A stretch of 64,000 bases of DNA from Piromyces finnis finn. Lineage: Eukaryota > Fungi > Neocallimastigomycota. Under the pieces are notes generated by a model, which was given only the letters and a program-made list of their open reading frames with translations, was not told the origin of the DNA and ran no database searches. The position numbers and the translations under genes are program-made. This document shows, one piece after another, positions 55,991-64,000 of this stretch. Positions within the stretch are counted from its first letter, which is position 1. Each line of letters begins with the position of its first letter. The stretch is taken from assembly GCA_002104945.1 (NCBI GenBank), contig MCFH01000086.1:1-64000 (forward strand), in the 5' to 3' direction.

Positions 55991-56472
55991 AAAACTTAAA
56001 GAAAATAAAACAAAAATATCAATAAAAAAGAAAGAAAAAAGAAAAAGGAAAAATATATAAATTCAAATACCATACATGATATTTATTTTATGCACATAAA
56101 AATATATAAAAAAAAAAAAACAATTAAATAACAATAAATAATAATAATAATAATAATAATAAAAAATAAAAAAAAATTAAAAAAAAAAAAAAAAAAAAAA
56201 CGGAATAATAATAAAAATAAATAAAAAGAATAAAAGGAATAATATATAAAATATTATATTTAATATGAAATAAAAAAAAAAAATTATTATTATTTTTAAC
56301 ATAATTAATTTATTATATATTATTCATTATTTTTATTTATAATTTTTCTATTTAATATTATTTTGATTATAATTTTTCATTATTTAATTCAACTAATAAA
56401 ATAAATTTTAATAAAATAAAAAATAAAAATATACTATTTTGATATAATTTCCTTTTCCTTTTTAGTTTTATT

Positions 56473-59400
56473 ATGCTCATGGTACTGAGAGAGTAGAAAG
56501 AATTAAATCCAAGTATTGCGCAATGGATGCTTGGTGCCCTCTTAGGAACGTGCCTTCATTTATTTAATAATGGAGTTTATCAAGGGGGTCTACTCATGCT
56601 CATGGTACTGAGAGAGTAGAAAGAATTAAATCCAAGCATTGCGCAATGGATGCTCGGTTAGTCTTTAAGGGAAAATTATTAGGACTAAGCTCATGGTACT
56701 GAGCGATTAAAAAACATTTTATTCATCGAATTAAGTATTTGATGAATAAGTTGAATGTTTGATATTCAGGTAAGTTTGTATAGTATTTAATTAGAAGAGT
56801 AATACATTTTGTTGCTGTATTCTTTCTTTTATTCATGTATTCATGTAGTACTACTCTTCTCTTGTAAGAATCCAATGTAGTCAACTTTAGCATTTGCATT
56901 GTATTTTTATATTCATGTAGCTATTGTTGTATTGTTTCTTGTAAGAGACTGATTCACTCTACATCATGTAAAAATACTATTCACAAGCTTTCTGGTGTCG
57001 ACATTCTTGATTCAAATTTTTTACCAATTTAAATATTTAATGAAAAGTAAAGTCAAACAAGTTTAGTGTCAAAAAGCGATTCGAATTTACTAACAACAAA
57101 CCAAAACTAGAATTTTTAAAGAAAATTTACAACTAGAATTCAAAAAAAGAAACTTTAAACAAAGCATCGTAACAATTTTTGTACTATCCAGTACTTTTAA
57201 GAAGAGAGAGAGAGACAGATTTTTTTTCCATATACGTTATATTTATAATTTTTATTAGTATTTATTTTATATTCAATATTTTTAATTAGAATTTATTATC
57301 ATGTCAGTCCTTTATATTAAAGACAAGAATTATATCAGACGTGGTACCCGGTCTTATGGTATCCCCTTAGATGATATTCGCTCCTTCTTTATCCGTGGTA
57401 TTCGATCATGGTCAGTAAATATGCTATGGGAAAAACTCGAGGTTATTCTAGAAGATAAATTTAATTCAGTTATTAGTGTTAAATATTTTCAGACTTTCAA
57501 TGATCACTTTTTCTTAGTCAAGGTTCATGGTTCATCGAAAGATTGTATTAAAATCTTACACATGTTAAAGAAGAAACTTTCAGTTACCTCAATTTCCTTT
57601 TCAGCTCGTAGTAGAAGGAATCACAAATACACTTTTTCCACTCTCAAACGTAAAATTTTAGTTTCTAATAAACATCAACATTCTATTCAACAATCATTTC
57701 AACAATCAGTTCAACAATCTCATCAACAATCCGATCTTCAACTAGATCTTCAACAAGATCTTCAACAAGTTTCCAATCATGAAAATATTCCAGATCTACA
57801 GCAAACACAATTTCAATCTCAACATTCAACAATTAATTCTAATAGCTCTATCAACTCTGATAACAGTTCAATAGTTGATAGTTCTTCAGTTTCACAGCCA
57901 TCTAGTAATAGTTCTACTTATTCCTCTGATGCATCATCCATTAATAACGATGACTTTAATAATAATAATAATAGCAACGATTCTTCCTCATCCAATAAGC
58001 CTGATAACTTTTCTTTTTGTCTTAGTTGGAACACCAATGGGTGGAATCACGAAAAGAGAGATAGTATTAGCTATTTCACAGTTATTTTCAAACCATTATT
58101 TTTATGTTTCCAAGAAACTGGTAATGGTTCTGGATCGAATACAGATTATCCTTGTCGTGTTACTTTGCGAAACTATAGACACTTTTTCAAGAAAGCTGAC
58201 GAATCAGTTCCGGGAATGAGAGGTTTATATTTAGGTTTTCACAATTCATGTCAAGCCTCACTTGAAAACTTCTCTGGAAAGTATATTATTTCTATTTATA
58301 CTTTTAGTCTCTGGAATAGATTCAAATGCTCGATTGGAAATGTTTATATGCCTCATAGTCATCACAACATCTATGTTGATCATGCAAAGTTAGAAGTTCG
58401 CTTGTGGTTACAAACTCATTCATCCCATCCATCGATTCTTGTTGGTGATTTTAATATGTCTAAAGTAAAATTATCCAACTGGTTATCAACTAATGGATTA
58501 GGAGATTGGGAAATTCTTCCGCTTAGAGGGTCTACTATCTCTTGGACTCGAGGTGATCAATCTTCCGACATTGACCATGCTCTTATCAATTCGAAGATGA
58601 AAGATCTTATTCACTCAGGATCATTTATAAATAATTTTTATCCTGTATCAGACCATAAGCCACTTCTTATTAATGGTAAAATTATTCCTATGGAAGATTT
58701 TTCTAATGACTTTAATGTTCCTAAGAAAATTCTGAAATGGAATAGATAAAAATGTATTGAGGAAAAGGAATCTATTCTCAGTCATAATAAATTCCAAATA
58801 CTTTCAGCAAAATTCAACGATCCTAATGTTTCTACAGATGAACTTTCCAAAGAGTTTACTTCAACTGCTTTTTCAATTGCAGACGAGCTCAGTATTACCT
58901 CAGCAAATAATGTTATAAAGTCTTCATTTCATATTTCACAACAAATTTTTAATCTTCAAAAAATCAAAATGAAGTTGTATAAGAGATTTAAAAAAGAAAG
59001 AATTTATGATATAGATGAATTAAAAGAATTAAAATCTACCGTAAGCTCATTGATTACATCCACAAAAGATGTAATGAATTTAGGAAACAAGAATATCTTC
59101 ATTGGATTAAAACAGGATGTGAGTATATGAAGAGTCATAATCCTAAGAAGGCCTGGAAATGGATCAAGAAAACTGCAAAAATTGGAAAAGATTCTTTCTT
59201 TATTGCTCAACCAATTAAAAATAAAAATGGAGAATTAGTTGTTGCTACAGAAGAACAACTAGATGTGTGGCATGATCATTTCGAAAATCTTGCATCAGAT
59301 CCAAGTGGTGTAAGTCTTGATTTGGAGCATTGGTATGAAGAACCAATGAATAAACGTTTTTCACTTCCTATGCTTGATGAGTGGGATATCAACCAAGATA

Positions 59401-62096
59401 TTAGTATTGATGAAGTCAAGTCAGCTATCCTCTCTACTCCAAATTATAAAGCATCAGGTCCGGATGGTATTCCAATTGAATTTTACAAAGCATTAATTCC
59501 ATCAAGTAATGATTCTAATAATGCTACAGATAATAATTCTTCTGGTAATACCACTTCAGATAATAACGCTCATGGTTTAAATTTTATTCTTAAATTATTT
59601 AACCGTATTTGGGATGGAGACTTCCCCAACTCATGGAATGAATCCAGTATTGTTTCTATTCCTAAGAAGGGAGATTTGACAGATTGTGATAACTATCGAG
59701 GTATATCGAGGTATATCACTTATCAATAATGGTATTAAGTTGATTTCCAAAATTGTCACCACTAGAATTTCAGAATATGGTTTAAAGAATAATTTCATTA
59801 GACCTGAACAATTTGGTTTTCGAAAAAAGGAAGAAAGTATTAGTCTTTTCATTTCAATCCAAGAAATATGCCGTAGACGTCAATTAGATAATAAAGAGAC
59901 ATATTTGGCCTTTTTAGATCTCAGGAAAGCATACGATTCAGTCCCAATCGGTAATATTCTCCATAAATTAGATTGTTTAGGAATCCGAGGTAAGAGTCTA
60001 CAATTTATCAAAAATTTATATTTAACATCTAAGGCTAATGTCAAATTAGATGGACAATTCTCGAAATCTTTTGATGTGAAGAAAGGAGTCCGTCAAGGAT
60101 GCCCTCTTTCTCCTATTCTCTTTAATCTCTTTATTAATGATATATTTAGAGAGTGCGAAGATCTAGGAGTCAGTTTAGGTGACACTCGATGCTGTGGTGG
60201 ACTTTTTACAGATGATATAGTTATTTGTGCTCCAACAAGAGGATGCTTAAAAAAGATGCTTAGAAGAGTTAATGAATGGGCATTGTATAATGAAATGGAA
60301 TTTGGTATCCAGAAATGTTCAACGATGGTGATTCGTCCTGAATCAATAGAAAATCAGAACAAGAGAGATCCAACATTTTACTTAGCAGGACAACCCATTC
60401 CAACTACTGATTGTTATACTTATCTTGGTGTTCCATTTGATAAGAATCTGTCCCTTAAACCAGTAATTAAAGCTCTTAATAACAAGGTTTTGAAAGGGCT
60501 TTTCTCAGTCAGTAAATTCTTAAGAAATCCTAATATTCCTATTCCTTTCAAAAAACTAGTACTTAACTCTCAAGTGATTAGCAGAGTTTCATACTTTGCA
60601 CCATTACTTGGATCCAACAAAGCTAGGTCTAGGATTGCTCAGAAGCATGTTAACAAAGGAATACGATGGGTTGCCGGAGTTCATAAAGCTGTATCGTTTA
60701 TATCTTTATACTCTATTTCAAAAGATTTGAATATTCCTCCATTGTCAGCCAAATGTGCGTTAGCTCAGGTTAGATGTTTTAACAAATGGAAAAACTCAAA
60801 TTGTATTATCTCACACCTTGTCAATTACATTCCTAAATTTAGAAAATACACGTGGTGCAAATCAAGTAGGACACTTGATAAAAAATTAAAGAAACATGGA
60901 GATGTTAAAGCAGTTAAAAACTTTTATTGGAAAGATCTCAAAGGGAATTCAATCAAAGCGCAATATTATGATGATAATAAATTTATTGAAACTAAAGATT
61001 TTATTAAATTATGTTATGAGTACCCAGAGTTTGCCTATGGCTTCTACTGGCTATTGAAAGCAAGAAGCGGATACAAGTTGGATGCTAGAGTTGCCAAAGC
61101 TGCCAAATTTGTTGATCCAGTTTGTCCTAACTACTGTCCATGTTGCAAGTGTGGAGATCAAAGTATTAAACATTGGTTATTAGATTGTCCAACATTTAGA
61201 GATATCCGTATTAAACATTATGATTCTATAGTCCAGCTATTAAATTTTTTCAGTCAACGTAATTCCAATAGTCCTATCAATAATAATGAAATTGATAATA
61301 TCAGTAGAGATAGTAATAACATTAATAGTAATAGTAACAATAGTAGTAATAACAATAGTAATAGTAACAATAGTAATAATAACAATAATAGAAATAATAA
61401 TATTAGTAATGATAGCAATAGTGAAGATAATAATTCTAATTTAGATAGTAATTTAGTTAATAATAGTAATAGTTCTAATAATCCGGTGAATATTAATGTG
61501 TATGATTATTCTAGTGTGTGCAGTGAAATATTTAAATTCCTTCTTGGGGGAAGAAGTTTTAACAATATTAATTACAATTCAAGGGAATGGAAAGAACTTT
61601 GTAAGCGTCAGATTCAATCTGGTACTAACGAAGGAACACCATTCTTGACGGTAACCGCGGAACTTCTAACCAAAATCATGCCTTTTGCTATTGGCCAGCA
61701 ATGGTCAATGTTCAAAAGGTTTGAAGCAACATCCAAGAGCGTCAATGCTGAAGAAACAGTAAGACAGGCCAGGAGGGCCAGCGCAACCAATGGAGATCAT
61801 AATTTTGTTCCATGACAAAATTTTGATCTTTGGCTCGGTGTCCCATTGGAAGTCAAATACAATTATTATACTTTAGTATGATAGTGGCTTTCTTACTTTA
61901 ATTAAAATTACTAGAATACATTATACCCAATTTTTATTCATTTGTGTTTATTTAAACATATTTTTTTTTTATTTTTATTTTATTTTAATTTTTATATTAC
62001 ATGTATTATAATTTTAATTAAATTAATAATAAAGTTTAAAATATTTGATGCCGTTCAAAAAAAAAAAAACAAACAAAAAAAAAAAAAAAAAAAAAA
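56473..62096 (+). mobile_element. Copy F: solo near-full-length element with disabled ORF; TSD TTTTAGTTTTATT(AT), 13-15 bp
   Basis: 5' end lies within a monomer (atgctcatgg). TTTTAGTTTTATTAT at 56460-56474 and 62097-62111. Poly(A) 62057-62096 has C interruptions. Confidence 0.93.
57301..61815 (+). pseudogene. Disabled APE-RT ORF of copy F
   Basis: TTA to TAA nonsense change at 58747-58749, 4-bp deletion near 59020, 10-bp tandem duplication tatcgaggta at 59694-59713, FTDD at 60208-60210. Confidence 0.88.
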
Positions 62097-62190
62097 TTTT
62101 AGTTTTATTATCTTTTATTAATTTTGATGATAAATAATGAATAAAAATTTAATTTTAAATATAGTAAATAGTAACAAAGTAAATTATTTT

Positions 62191-62231
<41 letters not shown>

Positions 62232-62405
62232 TATATATATATATTATATACTATTATTTAATCATTTATTTATTAAGTAATTATATATATATACATATTT
62301 TAAAAGCTTTTACGTAAATTTTTGAAATAATATATTAAAATCTTTACTAAACGTATATAATTTATAATAAATTTTTAAAGCTAAAAAAAAAAAAAATCTT
62401 TTTGT

Positions 62406-63800
62406 TTATAATATCTTTTCACTACGTAAAAGATTAATATATTGATAAGCAGTATGTCTTGATGTAAAAATAAAATTATAATTTGCCCGTTCTTTTACTT
62501 CTTTTATTTCTTTTCCTTCTTTGATATCTATGGTATTTATTTTATTAGTCTTTAAAGTTGGAACAAATGTTGAATTAATTGAAATATTATTGTTAGGTGA
62601 TGTTAATTTAATAGACGATGCTGAATTTGCATAGGATGAAGTTATTGGTGATTGAATAAGACTGGATATTTGGGATGATGAAAGATGCTTATGAAATGGT
62701 TCTTTCTTTTTAATTGTACTTAGTAATTCATTTTGTTTTGCTTTTGAAAAGACATTGGGTATTGATTTATTTGTAACAGCTAAAACATTTGAATTATTGA
62801 GAATGACAGGTAAAGGATTTAAAGTTTTTGCTGTTGCTGAAAGAGTGCTAGCATTTAAGAGGTTTGTTTGGACAGTTGAATTAAATAAAAACTGGGTTGT
62901 TGAAACATCAGTTGTTGGTGAGTTGGTATTTAATGAAGTAATATTATTTAAACCTTCTACATTAGGTTGCTGATTCATGTCATAGTTTGTGTGATCAGTG
63001 GCTTTAAAGGAATTAGCAGCAGCATTTAATGCTAAAGAATTTAGACCTGCCAATGCTGTTAATGTATTTTGGGGAACAAATGAAGCAACAGTAGGTATTC
63101 TTACAATAGGTGGTATTGTATTAGGGACAACAACAGTAGGTATAGGTGCTGTTACAGTTACAGTTGATTTTGATGTTGTATTTAGTGAGGTGGTCGTTGG
63201 CGTTGATATTTTTGCTGTTGCTGATGCAGTTGCTATTATATTAGAACTATCTAGTGAATTAGTATTGTGCGATGAAGGTGTGTTTGTTCCTGTTGCTAAA
63301 GATGATAATACAGAATTGTTTATATTTGATGATGACGCAGTTAAGGAAGTATAACTATTTGTTGAAGAAATCGGTGCATCCAATACCATACTTGATTCCG
63401 TAGTTGAAACGTATTTATTAGTCTCATTTATTATATCTGAAATAGTAGTACTTCCTAAACTTCCTGGTGTACCTATAGCTGAATTTTGATTAAGTGAGGT
63501 ATTTGAATTTATGGTAGAATTTAATACTTCATTTGAAGGTGAATTATTAGTATTATTTATTGAATCTGCTGGATTATCTATTTCTATTTTATCATTTGGT
63601 TTAATATCTTTATTTGCTGTATTTTTATCCTTTTGTTCTTTAGTTTGACTTAAGCCTACTATAGTGTAATCATAACCATTATCAGGACGTTTTAACTCTA
63701 ACTTATAATTTTTATATAATTCTTTTGGAATTAAATAATCAATAAATTCTATTAATAAATCTGATGACTTTGTAACTGATGTACTTTTAGTATGTTCAAC
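62406..63800 (-). CDS. 3' exon of an unknown Ser/Thr/Asn-rich protein (upstream exons not resolved or off-window)
   Basis: The ORF-track ORF extends upstream in frame without stops to an AG acceptor at 63802-63801 (VEHTKSTSVTKSSDLLIEFIDYLIPKELYK...). Mostly low complexity. Confidence 0.65.
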   Translation of the reverse strand, partial: VEHTKSTSVTKSSDLLIEFIDYLIPKELYKNYKLELKRPDNGYDYTIVGLSQTKEQKDKNTANKDIKPNDKIEIDNPADSINNTNNSPSNEVLNSTINSNTSLNQNSAIGTPGSLGSTTISDIINETNKYVSTTESSMVLDAPISSTNSYTSLTASSSNINNSVLSSLATGTNTPSSHNTNSLDSSNIIATASATAKISTPTTTSLNTTSKSTVTVTAPIPTVVVPNTIPPIVRIPTVASFVPQNTLTALAGLNSLALNAAANSFKATDHTNYDMNQQPNVEGLNNITSLNTNSPTTDVSTTQFLFNSTVQTNLLNASTLSATAKTLNPLPVILNNSNVLAVTNKSIPNVFSKAKQNELLSTIKKKEPFHKHLSSSQISSLIQSPITSSYANSASSIKLTSPNNNISINSTFVPTLKTNKINTIDIKEGKEIKEVKERANYNFIFTSRHTAYQYINLLRSEKIL

Positions 63801-64000
63801 CTTTTTTTTTTTTTTTTAAAAAAAAAAACATTACAATTATTATATTATATTTAAAATAGTTATAAAAAAACAATTGATTTGAATATATATATATAGTTTT
63901 TTTTTTTTAAAAAAAAAGGGTGAATTAAGTTATTACTTATATTAAATTTTCTCATTTTATTTAATTATTATTAAAGTTATAAATAACTTACTTCTACTAC

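Overview
Very AT-rich, intron-containing fungal genomic DNA. An anaerobic gut fungus (Neocallimastigomycota) is my inference from base composition, intron style and the actin sequence; it is not proven. Host genes: a partial unknown ORF at the left edge, a secreted or anchored HExxH zinc metalloprotease, MCM7, an ICP55/XPNPEP3-type Xaa-Pro aminopeptidase, actin, a DHX33/Dhr2-like DEAH helicase, a Cys-rich type I membrane protein, CCT6 and a partial S/T/N-rich gene at the right edge. About 28 kb is one young family of single-ORF, poly(A)-tailed non-LTR retrotransposons (putative RRM, then AP endonuclease, RT and CCHC knuckle). It forms a nested 22.6-kb stack (20414-43011) and a solo copy (56473-62096), all on the + strand. 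Five target-site duplications can be read directly and show copies inserted inside earlier copies. Both loci begin about 480 bp downstream of the stop codon of a co-oriented housekeeping gene (actin, CCT6). When younger insertions are subtracted, every readable insertion event at the actin locus falls 0.5-0.9 kb past the stop, with intact copies gene-proximal and decayed copies distal. This suggests position-specific targeting of gene 3' regions (hypothesis from two loci). The 5' UTR carries a 124-nt triple-hairpin monomer and a retained canonical intron-like signal set. Exon structures and alignments were done by eye.
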